Shown piece after piece: positions 19,922 through 28,712 of a DNA stretch of 64,000 bases. The position numbers and the translations under genes were made by a program. The notes under the pieces are model-generated. The model had not been told where the DNA came from. It searched no databases and saw nothing but the letters and a program-made list of their open reading frames with translations. Position 1 is the stretch's first letter. The number at the start of each line of letters is the position of its first letter. The DNA is from Dehalococcoidia bacterium (GTDB lineage: Bacteria; Chloroflexota; Dehalococcoidia; Lucifugimonadales; VXLM01): contig OY759598.1 of the NCBI GenBank assembly GCA_963662435.1, forward strand, positions 1,396,507 to 1,460,506, read 5' to 3'.

Positions 19922-22195
19922 CTACCTGTGCTGGCCCGGTCGCCACTCGATGACCGCCGTCTCCTCCGGGGTGGCCTCGATGCGGACGGGGAAGCGGTTG
20001 CCCCTGGCGAGAAGCAGCCCGTCTCCACGGGGGCAGGAGAGGAGCCAGCGTTGGAGGTCTTCGGGCAAATCGAAGGCGTCTCCCACCGTGCTGATGGCGG
20101 CGGCGTCCTGCTGCAAGAGCAGCTTGAAGGCGGCGTTCTGGAGCAGGGCGCGACCGGAGTGGCCGGTGATGGTTCGTGAAGAATCCTCGGAGAGGAGGTC
20201 CTGCACGTCCTGGGTGATGAACTGCAACCCCAGCCGGTGCTTGCGGGCGCGCTTGGCCATGCTGACCATGAAGGCGGCCCCTTCGGGGTGCTGCATGATG
20301 CTCCACACCTCGTCCACCACCAACAGGCGGGGCTTGGGGTCCTGGGCTGCCGCGGCCCACACCGTCTCGGTGCACACCATCGCGGCGGCGGGCCGCAGCT
20401 CCGGCTCCAGCAATCGAAGATCGAAGACCGTCACCAGCGCCTCGCTGCCCAGCAGGTCGTCGCCCTCGTCGGACAGCAGGTGTCTCAGGCTGCCGGTGGC
20501 AAAGGGCCGCAGCAGCCGTGCGAGGCCGGGGTCTCCCGCCTCGTCCTCCTGAAGGAACGAATAGAAATCGCGGAAGCCGGTGCGCTCCCTGGGCTTCGCG
20601 TAGTAGCCCGCCAGGGCGTGGTCGAGGGAGGCCCGGCGCTCCGCACCGAGACTCTCTCCCACCATGACCTCGATGAGGCGGCGCAGACTGCCGATGCGCT
20701 GCAACAGCTCCTCCGAGTCCCCCTTGTCGATAACAAAGGGGTTCATGCCCTGTCCGGGGACGCCGGGGGAGAGAACTCTCCCGCCCGCTGCGCGGGCCAT
20801 GTCCGCGTACTCGCCCTCCGGGTCGATGACGTAGGCGGTGATGCCTCTCGTTAGGCCCCTGAGCACGCCGAGCTTGGTGGCGAAGGACTTGCCGGAGCCG
20901 GAGCGGGCCAGCACCGCCGTGTTCGCGTTCAGGTGGGTGCCGTCCCAGGGGTCGTAGACCGCCGGGGAGCAGGCCCGCATGTCGATGCCGTAGAGGGTGC
21001 CCGAGCGGGTGTCCAGGTCCGGCGGCGAGAAGGGGAAGAGACGGGCGATGCTGGAGGTGTCCAGACTGCGCCACTCGGCGACGGCGTTCAGGGCCAGGGG
21101 CAGCGTCGAGAGCAGCCCCTCGCGCTGCCTGAACGCAAGGTTGTCGAGCTTGCCCAGGGTGGCGGCGAAGTGGGCCTTGGCCCGCTGGGTCATCTCCTTG
21201 AGGGACGCCTCGTCCTTCGCGTGAAGGGTCACGGACAGCGATGCGTGAAACAGCCGCTCCCTGCCTCGCTGCACCTCGTCCCTGAGCCGGGTGATGTCCT
21301 CCAGGGCGATCTCCGCCTCGGGGGACATGGTGCGGCCCCGCTTGAAGGAGAGGGACTGCGCCGACTCGAAGCGCACCTTCTGCCACTCCAGCGTCCTCGC
21401 CGCCTGCTCCGCCGGTATCGGGCCGACATGAACGGACAGGTCCATGGGCGCTCCCGCCGCCATCAGTCCTTGCAGGAAGCCGGGGGCCAGTGACCGGGGC
21501 CACTTGCCCAGGTGAAGGGAGCGCAGGAGGCGGTCTCCGATGCGCATGTCGCGCCGGTTGATCTCCACCTCGACGGTTGCGTCCTCGTCGAACTCGGAGG
21601 GCGAGCCTCCCAGGGCCGCCGACACGAGGAACATCCGAAGCTGCCGTCCTCTCAGTGAATGGACTGACAGCCCGGCCCTTGCCAGCAGGCCGCGCAGGTC
21701 GTCGATGCGGTCGAACTCGCAGACGGCGTAGAAGCGCCGGTCGAGTATTCCGTCTCGGTTCTCAAGGTCGCTGAGCAGTCGCTGAAGGGACTCGGAGGCC
21801 GCACTCGTCTGCGGGGGAAGGTCCTCCGGCTGGGCCTGCCTGAGCTTCTCTCGCATCCCTTCCAGGTGTGGTGGGTGCTGCCGGATGAGCAGCTGCGCCG
21901 GGAAGTCGAGGGCGTTGAGCGCCCCGGCGAAGGCCCCCAGCTTCGGCTCGTCGATCTCCAGCCCCATCACCTCGCACACGCCGAGCTTCACACCGTCCAG
22001 GCGCACCGGACCGTCGTCGTCCAGGTGGGACAGCATGAAGAACAGGGGCAGGGCCGGCGGGAGCTTCAGCGCAGGCTCCGTCGTTCCGCCTGGTTCCGCA
22101 GAGAGTCCGCCCTCAGGCATCTCCTGCGGGGCGGTGGACTCCCTTGGCGGGGTCTCCGTCCGTCGTCTCGTGATTCGTTCAAGCAGCTTTTTCAA
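19922..22195 (-). CDS. VirB4-like conjugation ATPase
   Basis: NANTAVLARSGSGKSF, IDPEGEY, LVVDEVW, KRARKH, ITQDVQD. Confidence 0.9.
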   Translation of the reverse strand: MKKLLERITRRRTETPPRESTAPQEMPEGGLSAEPGGTTEPALKLPPALPLFFMLSHLDDDGPVRLDGVKLGVCEVMGLEIDEPKLGAFAGALNALDFPAQLLIRQHPPHLEGMREKLRQAQPEDLPPQTSAASESLQRLLSDLENRDGILDRRFYAVCEFDRIDDLRGLLARAGLSVHSLRGRQLRMFLVSAALGGSPSEFDEDATVEVEINRRDMRIGDRLLRSLHLGKWPRSLAPGFLQGLMAAGAPMDLSVHVGPIPAEQAARTLEWQKVRFESAQSLSFKRGRTMSPEAEIALEDITRLRDEVQRGRERLFHASLSVTLHAKDEASLKEMTQRAKAHFAATLGKLDNLAFRQREGLLSTLPLALNAVAEWRSLDTSSIARLFPFSPPDLDTRSGTLYGIDMRACSPAVYDPWDGTHLNANTAVLARSGSGKSFATKLGVLRGLTRGITAYVIDPEGEYADMARAAGGRVLSPGVPGQGMNPFVIDKGDSEELLQRIGSLRRLIEVMVGESLGAERRASLDHALAGYYAKPRERTGFRDFYSFLQEDEAGDPGLARLLRPFATGSLRHLLSDEGDDLLGSEALVTVFDLRLLEPELRPAAAMVCTETVWAAAAQDPKPRLLVVDEVWSIMQHPEGAAFMVSMAKRARKHRLGLQFITQDVQDLLSEDSSRTITGHSGRALLQNAAFKLLLQQDAAAISTVGDAFDLPEDLQRWLLSCPRGDGLLLARGNRFPVRIEATPEETAVIEWRPGQHR

Positions 22196-22214
22196 CTCGT
22201 TGGCTTCCTTATCT

Positions 22215-22547
22215 CTATGGTGTTGGGATGGATGGAAGGACGCCGTGCTTCAGCAGGGCGGCTACGCCCTTGGCCGAGAGCACCAGGACCAGGCCGACCA
22301 CCGCCAAGACGACGGCGCTCTTGGCCCTGCCGCCGCGCTCCTCGCCCCCCTCGGCCATCAGCACGAATCCCGCCCAGACGATGGCGAAGACGCACAGGCC
22401 GGACCCGGCGTAGGACATGGCGGTGAGCACGCGGTCGAAGGCGGCCAGCATCGCTTCCTTCTCTGCCGGGGCTGCGCCGGTCGTCGCCAGCGCAGCCCCG
22501 GCCAGTAGCGTGATTGCAAGTGCCCGCCTCACCAGGGCCACTCCCAT
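22215..22547 (-). CDS. TrbC/VirB2-like pilin
   Basis: Signal-like N-terminus then two hydrophobic helices flanking AEGGEERGGRAKS; alternative GTG start at 22532. Confidence 0.65.
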   Translation of the reverse strand: MGVALVRRALAITLLAGAALATTGAAPAEKEAMLAAFDRVLTAMSYAGSGLCVFAIVWAGFVLMAEGGEERGGRAKSAVVLAVVGLVLVLSAKGVAALLKHGVLPSIPTP

Positions 22548-24253
22548 CCCAGCCGGTCGAACCAGCCGCGCAGCCCGTCCGCCGGCTCCTGCTCGGCGGG
22601 CGGGTCTTCGGGTTCCGGCTCCGGCAGGACCAGTACGGCGAAGGGGTCGTCGGACCCAATGGCGGATTCCAGTGACAGGGATTCCTCCCGCGTGCGGGTG
22701 AGCGGCCCCCGCTCCACCGTCTCGGCCTTGACGTGTTCCTTGTGCAGGACGTCCACCGTCACCTCTTTGGTGATGGTGGCGCTGGGGACGTGGGCGTAGG
22801 CCGTCGCGGTGGCGGACGCCGTGGCGCCGTCCTCGCAGGCGGCCGTCGCCGTCTGGCTGTCGGAGTCGCTGTCCCCCGGGCGATGGACGTGCACGGTCTT
22901 TGTGACCTGCTCCACCCGCTCCGGGTGGTGGGTGAGCACGGTCAGCGGGGGGATGGGGATGAGTAGGGTCGCCTCCAGGCTCACGTCCACGCTCACGGCG
23001 TGAATCGCCTTGCCGGTAAACACGGGCAGCCTGAAAAGGGTCTCGCCGTCGGGGACGAAGACGACGCTCGCGCTCGACGCTCCCGTCGCAGCGGAGAGCG
23101 TTCCCGTGACTGAGGTGACCCCGGCGTCCATCACCGTCGTCTCGGTGACGCTCTCGTGTCCGGCCACCGTCTGAAGCTCCACGGGGTGCTCGATGCCCGT
23201 GACGCACTCGGACTCGACCACCCCGCTGACCGTTCCGGTCGTCCAGCCCAGGGAGGTCATGCGCAGATCGCAGAGCTCGCCCTCGATCTCCGGGAGCGGG
23301 TACGGGATCTGCTCGTTCTCAACCGTCAGCGCCCCGGCCTGTCCCGTCCCGTCCTCCCAGGACACGGTGAAGGACGGGACGGGTCCGTGGAGGGGGAGGG
23401 AGTAGTCGATGCGCTCCCCCTCGGCCAGCGTTGCCGAGCCCCAGAAGCGGAGGGAGCGGCCCTCGCTCCCCCCGAAGGCGCGGACGCGGATGTCGACGTC
23501 CGTGGCTGCCCGGAGGGTGACGGCGGCGCGGTCGCCGGAGACGGTCAGCCCTTCGACGAATACCCGCCGTCCCTCCACCGGCTCCGTGACCTCGAAATCG
23601 ATCTCGTCACGCCAGCGCTCATCGTCCTCGTGTCCGTCGGCCAAGGCGACCTGGGGTACGGTCACCACGGCCAGGGTAAGGACGGCCAGAACCGCGAAGG
23701 CCAGGTAGCCCTTGCGGGGCTTCCGGCTCCTGCTCTGGAGCGTCTCGGCCCGGTGGTCGCGGCCCTGCCGGCCCGCGCCGTCCCTGCCCCTGCGCTTGCC
23801 GAACCAGCGCATCCGCCCGTTGCGGCGCTCCTTGTTCTTACGGGTCTTCCTGCTCTTGCGCAGCCTTCCCAGTCCGCGCCCGGCGCGTTTCGCCATCAGG
23901 CGAAGGGGTCCGGGGCCGCTCCTGACCGGCTGCGCCGGCGCCGGCGACTCGGCCCGCACCAGCTGGGACACCGGGCCTGCGTAGACCCGCGCCCCCAGCC
24001 GGTACTTGAGCAGGTCGGCGGCCACCAACGGCAGCCGCCGACCGCCCACCTTCCCCACCACCATCGCGATTCCCACCAGTCCGAAGACGACGGCAATCGC
24101 CATCCTCACCTCGGACGGGCCGACGGGGGCGTAGCGGTACGCCCCGTAGGACAGGGCGCACACCGCCACCACCGCCACGATCTGCGGGAATGTGAACCCC
24201 AGCAGCACCCGGTCCTCGGCCTGGACGTGAGTTGGCACCTCGTGTTCTCTCAT
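22529..24253 (-). CDS. PrgI/VirB3-like membrane protein with large extracellular beta-rich domain
   Basis: MREHEVPTHVQAEDRVLLGFTFPQ plus two TM segments, a third TM and a long acidic domain; SD AAGGAGG. Confidence 0.65.
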   Translation of the reverse strand: MREHEVPTHVQAEDRVLLGFTFPQIVAVVAVCALSYGAYRYAPVGPSEVRMAIAVVFGLVGIAMVVGKVGGRRLPLVAADLLKYRLGARVYAGPVSQLVRAESPAPAQPVRSGPGPLRLMAKRAGRGLGRLRKSRKTRKNKERRNGRMRWFGKRRGRDGAGRQGRDHRAETLQSRSRKPRKGYLAFAVLAVLTLAVVTVPQVALADGHEDDERWRDEIDFEVTEPVEGRRVFVEGLTVSGDRAAVTLRAATDVDIRVRAFGGSEGRSLRFWGSATLAEGERIDYSLPLHGPVPSFTVSWEDGTGQAGALTVENEQIPYPLPEIEGELCDLRMTSLGWTTGTVSGVVESECVTGIEHPVELQTVAGHESVTETTVMDAGVTSVTGTLSAATGASSASVVFVPDGETLFRLPVFTGKAIHAVSVDVSLEATLLIPIPPLTVLTHHPERVEQVTKTVHVHRPGDSDSDSQTATAACEDGATASATATAYAHVPSATITKEVTVDVLHKEHVKAETVERGPLTRTREESLSLESAIGSDDPFAVLVLPEPEPEDPPAEQEPADGLRGWFDRLGWEWPW

Positions 24254-24281
24254 GTCTTCTTCCTCCTTCCTCGCGCCGGGC

Positions 24282-24587
24282 CTAGCCGCCGCTGCTGCTG
24301 TCGCCGCCGCCGGGGGCTTGCGGGTCGGGCAGCGCATCGTCGATGTCGATACCGGGGTCCACGACGGCGTTCATCACCAGCTCCACGACGCCGTAGGCGA
24401 CCAGGGCCAGGACGATGCCCGCGAGGGCGGTCATCATGGCGCTCTTGCCGCGCTCCATCTGGTGGGGCGCTCCGCTGGCCGTCAGGTACAGGTAGGCGCC
24501 GTAGATGAAGAATCCGACGCCTATCGCCCCCACGACGCCCAGCAGGATGCCCACCAGGTTCGAGATGGTCTGTGTCAGTTGTTCCAT
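24282..24587 (-). CDS. TrbC/VirB2-like pilin
   Basis: GAIGVGFFIYGAYLYLTASGAPHQMERGKSAMMTALAGIVLALVA. Confidence 0.78.
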   Translation of the reverse strand: MEQLTQTISNLVGILLGVVGAIGVGFFIYGAYLYLTASGAPHQMERGKSAMMTALAGIVLALVAYGVVELVMNAVVDPGIDIDDALPDPQAPGGGDSSSGG

Positions 24588-24692
24588 TCGTTCTTTCTCC
24601 TCTTCCATCGAGCGCTTCCGCTCGTCTCTATCGGTGGGTTTCGTTGGCTCATCTAGCTGCACATCGCTGCGCCTCCGTCCTGGCGTTGCGGC

Positions 24693-25670
24693 TCACTCGC
24701 CGCTGCTCCTGGGCGCTCCCGCGCCGTCTCCGCCCGCCGATGGGGTCGCCATCGAAGCGGCGGAGCTGATGCCGCCGGCGGCTGCCGACAAGCCAGCGCT
24801 GGCCGCCATCGCTCCCACCGCAGCGCCCCCCGGTCCTCCCGCCGCTCCGCCCGCCACCAGCCCGATGGTCCGGGCCGAGCGCACGAAGGAGCCGGGCAGG
24901 TTCATGCCGAAATAGAGCATCGAGAGCCAGGAGTCGAAGGTCCCGGCGTTGCCCAGCAGCGACGGCACCCGGGTCGCCATGTAGATGAAGGCCAGGGACA
25001 TGAGGAGCTTCCAGATGAGGTCCTGCACCGGCTCGAAGGCGGCGATGGCCGCCACCTCGTTCAGGAAGGCGAACCCCATCGCAAGGGCGATGAGTTGGAT
25101 GGCCTGCTGGAAGGTCGTCGTCATGAAGAGCCGCAGCCAGTGGCGGCCCCAGCCCGCCGTGTGAGGCAGAATCCACAGCCCCAGTGCGATGGGGGCCAGG
25201 GCCAACAGCACGTCGATCAACGCCAGGCGCAGCACCATCTGGACGATGACGTAGAGGACGAAGAAGCCGTAGACGAGATAGAGCACCGCCAGCAGCAGGG
25301 CCATGCCCACGCTCCCGGCCTGTACCGCGGTGAGCAAAGTCTTGAGGGTGGAGCGCAGCATGTCTCCGGCGGTGACGTTCAGGGAGACGGCGACGAAGCC
25401 GGAGACGGCGTCGGCAACGTCCAGGACCAGGGCGCACCACCACAGGGACGACGCGGCGGCCACGAGGCCCAGCGCCAGCCGGGGCACCATCTCCCGCCAC
25501 CCGGCCTGGCGGCTGCCCAGGTGCTCGGACATGATGAGGGTCAGCCCCATCCAGCCGAGGATGACGATGAGCGCGCCCGAGGTGACGGCCCAGACGACCA
25601 TCCACGCCTGGCGCACGATGTCGTGGGCGTAGGTGAGGTCGGGGGGCGTGCCGGTGATGATGTCGCTCAT
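24693..25670 (-). CDS. TrbL/VirB6-like polytopic membrane protein
   Basis: Multiple TM segments, LRLALIDVLLALAPIALGLWILPHT..W..W, Gly/Ala-rich tail. Confidence 0.78.
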   Translation of the reverse strand: MSDIITGTPPDLTYAHDIVRQAWMVVWAVTSGALIVILGWMGLTLIMSEHLGSRQAGWREMVPRLALGLVAAASSLWWCALVLDVADAVSGFVAVSLNVTAGDMLRSTLKTLLTAVQAGSVGMALLLAVLYLVYGFFVLYVIVQMVLRLALIDVLLALAPIALGLWILPHTAGWGRHWLRLFMTTTFQQAIQLIALAMGFAFLNEVAAIAAFEPVQDLIWKLLMSLAFIYMATRVPSLLGNAGTFDSWLSMLYFGMNLPGSFVRSARTIGLVAGGAAGGPGGAAVGAMAASAGLSAAAGGISSAASMATPSAGGDGAGAPRSSGE

Positions 25671-25673
25671 CGG

Positions 25674-26288
25674 CTACCCGCCCCCGCAGTTGTCGGCGTC
25701 CTCTTGGGAGAACTCCTCGACCACGCCGCAGAGCGTCCCGTGGGTGCCCTCGATGATCCAGCCGGCGAAGGCCCTCGCCCAGCGACCGGGGTTGAGGGCG
25801 GAGAGAATCTTGTCCCAGATGCGTCCCGGCTCGTGGAAGGGAATGACGCTGTAGAAGTCACCCCGCAGCCCGTCCTCGGACTGGGCCAGCATCACCAGCA
25901 GGTACGCCTTGTCGCGGTCGAGGTCGGGCTGCTCGTCCAGGGCCGGGTACTCCCAGGAATATTCCCAGCCGTCGCTGCGCTCCTTCTCCCCGCCCTTGAC
26001 CAGGTAAACGGCGCTGATCCAATCGCCGGTGTCGGCGTCGCGCACGGCGTAGTGGAGGACGGCGATCTTCCGGTCGAAGACGGGGCGGGCCACGAACCCG
26101 CCGCCGCCCTTGCGTTCCACGAACTCCCGGTCGGCATTGACCAGGACGATGTGGTCGCCCCACGGCTCCTGGGCCAGGGCGGTCCCGCTGGACGGGATTG
26201 CCACCAGCGCCGCCAGGAGCAGCGCGGAGGCCAGGGGAATGAACCTTCTAACCGACCGGACTTTCGATTTCAGCGCCAACTCGTTCAC
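25674..26288 (-). CDS. Hypothetical exported protein, first gene of the transfer operon
   Basis: Signal peptide-like LASALLLAALVAIPSSGTALA; abuts the VirB6-like gene. Confidence 0.65.
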   Translation of the reverse strand: MNELALKSKVRSVRRFIPLASALLLAALVAIPSSGTALAQEPWGDHIVLVNADREFVERKGGGGFVARPVFDRKIAVLHYAVRDADTGDWISAVYLVKGGEKERSDGWEYSWEYPALDEQPDLDRDKAYLLVMLAQSEDGLRGDFYSVIPFHEPGRIWDKILSALNPGRWARAFAGWIIEGTHGTLCGVVEEFSQEDADNCGGG

Positions 26289-26374
26289 CTCTCTTCCGTT
26301 TCGCCGCGGTTCACCGGAACGCGGCAGTCGCAAAAAAGTGTGAACAAATCAAACGAGAAAAAAGACCCCTCATA

Positions 26375-26717
26375 GCTCTGCGCAAGGATGCGGGGCGTTA
26401 CGGGCCGTTCCCCCGTGGCTCTGCGCAGGGATGCGGGGGGCTATAAACCCTCTTCTTTCCGGCCCCTTTCGTGCAGTATTGGGGGTGTACAGGAGTTTGA
26501 GTTTGGCAACAGAACGGCCAGAGTCGTGATTTCGTAGCTGGAACAGGGGTAAATCGCCCCCCTACAGGACGTAACCAGTGAACACTTTCAGAAAGGGTGC
26601 GTTCCGGACTGCAATGACATCGCCAAACGAGGGGAATGACATCGGCGGGCCGGTTGGAGCGGCGTCCCAATGACATTAGGCCCCGAAAAATGCGCTCGGA
26701 GTGGGGGTGCATGACAT
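26375..26717. repeat. Direct repeats in the divergent intergenic region (oriT/operator candidate)
   Basis: GCTCTGCGCA(A/G)GGATGCGGGG at 26375 and 26418; ATGACAT at 26614, 26636, 26670, 26711. Confidence 0.55.
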
Positions 26718-26806
26718 GCCCAAAAACGTGGCCTGAGAGCGGGAAGATGGCCGGACGGCAGTTGACCGGAGGTTCAAGTGGAGATTCTGCGAGGGAGAAA
26801 AGAGCC

Positions 26807-27658
26807 ATGAAAACGACGGAACACGGCATCGAGGACAGCAGGGACGTGGAGAACGTCTACCACATGAGGCTCATGGCGCTGCTGAAGGAGCTGGTGCGGG
26901 ACAAGGGCTTCAAGGGCGCAGCGCGGGTGCTGGAGTTGGACCAGCGGACGGTGGCCGAGTGCGCCAGGACGGGGCAGCTCTCACGGCGGGTGCGGCAGGC
27001 CCTGGAGCGGGCGTTGCAGGAGGGCGTCGGTTCTGCTGCGGCCCGGCAGCGGGAGCGCAACGATAAGCTGGAGAGCCGGGTCGAGACGCTTGAGAAGGGG
27101 CACGAGGCATTGGAAAAGGGCTATGACGACCTGGGCAAGGAGGTGCGGAGACGAGTGGCCGCCGTCGAGGGCAGGGTCGAAGCCCTGCGTCGGGACGGGG
27201 CACAGGGGACCGGGGCCGGTCATGCCGGCGCCGGTCCCTCCCAGGCGGAAGCGGACGGCTCGGAGAGCGGTGCGCCGGGCATGGGCAGAAAACACCCGCC
27301 GAGGCCCAGGCTGCGACGGGAGTACCCCGACCTGGTGACCCTGGAGCCCGCCCCCGACGACGAGGAGGTGTTCGGGGAAGCGTGGCCGATGATCGTCGCA
27401 TGGCGGGAGCTGAAGGACGCTCACTCCAACAGCGGGAAGAGTCTGGAATGGCTGCGCACCGAGGAGCGGTTCCTGGCGCTGGAGCTGGCGTTGTTGGAGG
27501 ACCACGGCATGACGCTCCCCCCGGCCAGGTTTCCGCTGCGGGGCTTCGACCGCAACGGGCAGGTCACCCATCGCCGGACGGCGCTCTCCGACACGCGGAG
27601 AGCGCTGAAGAAGCGGGAGCTTCTGAACACGCTGACCCTCCGGCTGTTGTGGCGGTAG
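26807..27658 (+). CDS. Hypothetical protein with HTH-like N-terminus and coiled coil
   Basis: GFKGAARVLELDQRTVAECARTG, then heptad-rich segment; SD GGGAG. Confidence 0.65.
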   Translation: MKTTEHGIEDSRDVENVYHMRLMALLKELVRDKGFKGAARVLELDQRTVAECARTGQLSRRVRQALERALQEGVGSAAARQRERNDKLESRVETLEKGHEALEKGYDDLGKEVRRRVAAVEGRVEALRRDGAQGTGAGHAGAGPSQAEADGSESGAPGMGRKHPPRPRLRREYPDLVTLEPAPDDEEVFGEAWPMIVAWRELKDAHSNSGKSLEWLRTEERFLALELALLEDHGMTLPPARFPLRGFDRNGQVTHRRTALSDTRRALKKRELLNTLTLRLLWR

Positions 27659-28551
27659 CCGGGCCGGGAGGCGGCGGGTTTGCAGTCAACTTTTGTGAAC
27701 GATTTGGCGGCAATCTTCGAAAGGGGTGTTGCAGGCCCTCTTTTGCGGGTCTCGAAGCGGCGATACTAGCCTCACTGTTTGGCTTTCTCCGAGGTTTCCG
27801 ACCATAGAAACCTGGGTGCGCGATCCCTGTTGCACGGGTACGACCGGAGGATGATTCGCTCTCCCCCTGTCTCCCACGAGGGTACTGCTGCCGAAGCGGA
27901 GTTGACGTTGGTCCTTCGCAGGCAGCGCGGGCAGAGACGACGGAGTTGACGCTGGTCCTTCGTCCTCGGTCCAAGTCCGGCGGTTGGAGTGACAAGCCCT
28001 TCGCCCGTTGGACACCCGTCCGGTGGTTGGGAGTTGATCGCTTCCGTCACCGGGCACCTGCCTGATGGTCGGGGTTGATCGCTCCTTCCGTTGGACGCCA
28101 GGACGGAGTGCACCCTGCGCCCCGCCCTCCACCAGTCGGTCGAAATGCGTCTGTCGTTTCGACCGATTCCTCATGCCCGCGGCATGGCTGACTGACAGCT
28201 AGGCCGCAGCTTCGACATGCGCCGGTCTGCCGTTCCGAGCAGGCCGGCCGCTTCACGCCTCGCAGCTTCCCCCACTGACTTATTCCCCCTTGGGCCAAGC
28301 TGCGCCTTTCTCCCATGCGCTGGTCTTCGACGAAGTCGTAGGACGGCCGCTCCCCTCGTAGCAGCTCTCCCGGAGTCGATTCCCAACGAATCACCCTTGG
28401 GCCGAGCTGCGTCTTCTTTTCACACCCGCTCCGTCTCCCGCGTCCTGCATCCGACCGTGGGCGGAGTGCGTCCAGCGTCAACCGGTCCCATCACAAACGC
28501 CCGCGCCACGGATGCTCGGCACGGGTCAATAACGACTGAAAGGAGGAGTCC

Positions 28552-28581
28552 ATGCACGTCATGGAGGTCCATCACCGCTGA
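28552..28581 (+). CDS. Putative 9-aa leader peptide MHVMEVHHR
   Basis: Strong SD AAGGAGG at canonical spacing; terminator begins 40 nt after the stop. Confidence 0.4.
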   Translation: MHVMEVHHR

Positions 28582-28620
28582 CGGCGGGGTCTCCGGGTCT
28601 CACAACACACCCCAACCCAC

Positions 28621-28655
28621 AAGGGCCGTCTCGTTCGAGGCGGCCCTTCTTCTTT
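28621..28655 (+). terminator. Intrinsic terminator/attenuator
   Basis: AAGGGCCGTCTCG-TT-CGAGGCGGCCCTT followed by CTTCTTT. Confidence 0.7.
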
Positions 28656-28712
28656 GCCCGCAAGCGGGCGCAGGCCAGAGGCAACACAACACAACAGAAG
28701 GAGGACGGACCG

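Larger units (their letters stand above)
27790..28655 (+). ncRNA. Candidate large structured RNA (or ssDNA) element built from repeated hairpins
   Basis: No credible long ORF; many stem-loops, five ~43-nt units with a GGAGT(T)GA-like core, two CCCTTGGGCC(A/G)AGCTGCG units with a compensatory base change, ends in an intrinsic terminator. Confidence 0.6.

Noticed and set aside
27887..28100. Possible CRISPR array
   Set aside because: Repeats are degenerate, the intervening sequence forms the stems rather than unique spacers, and no cas genes are present
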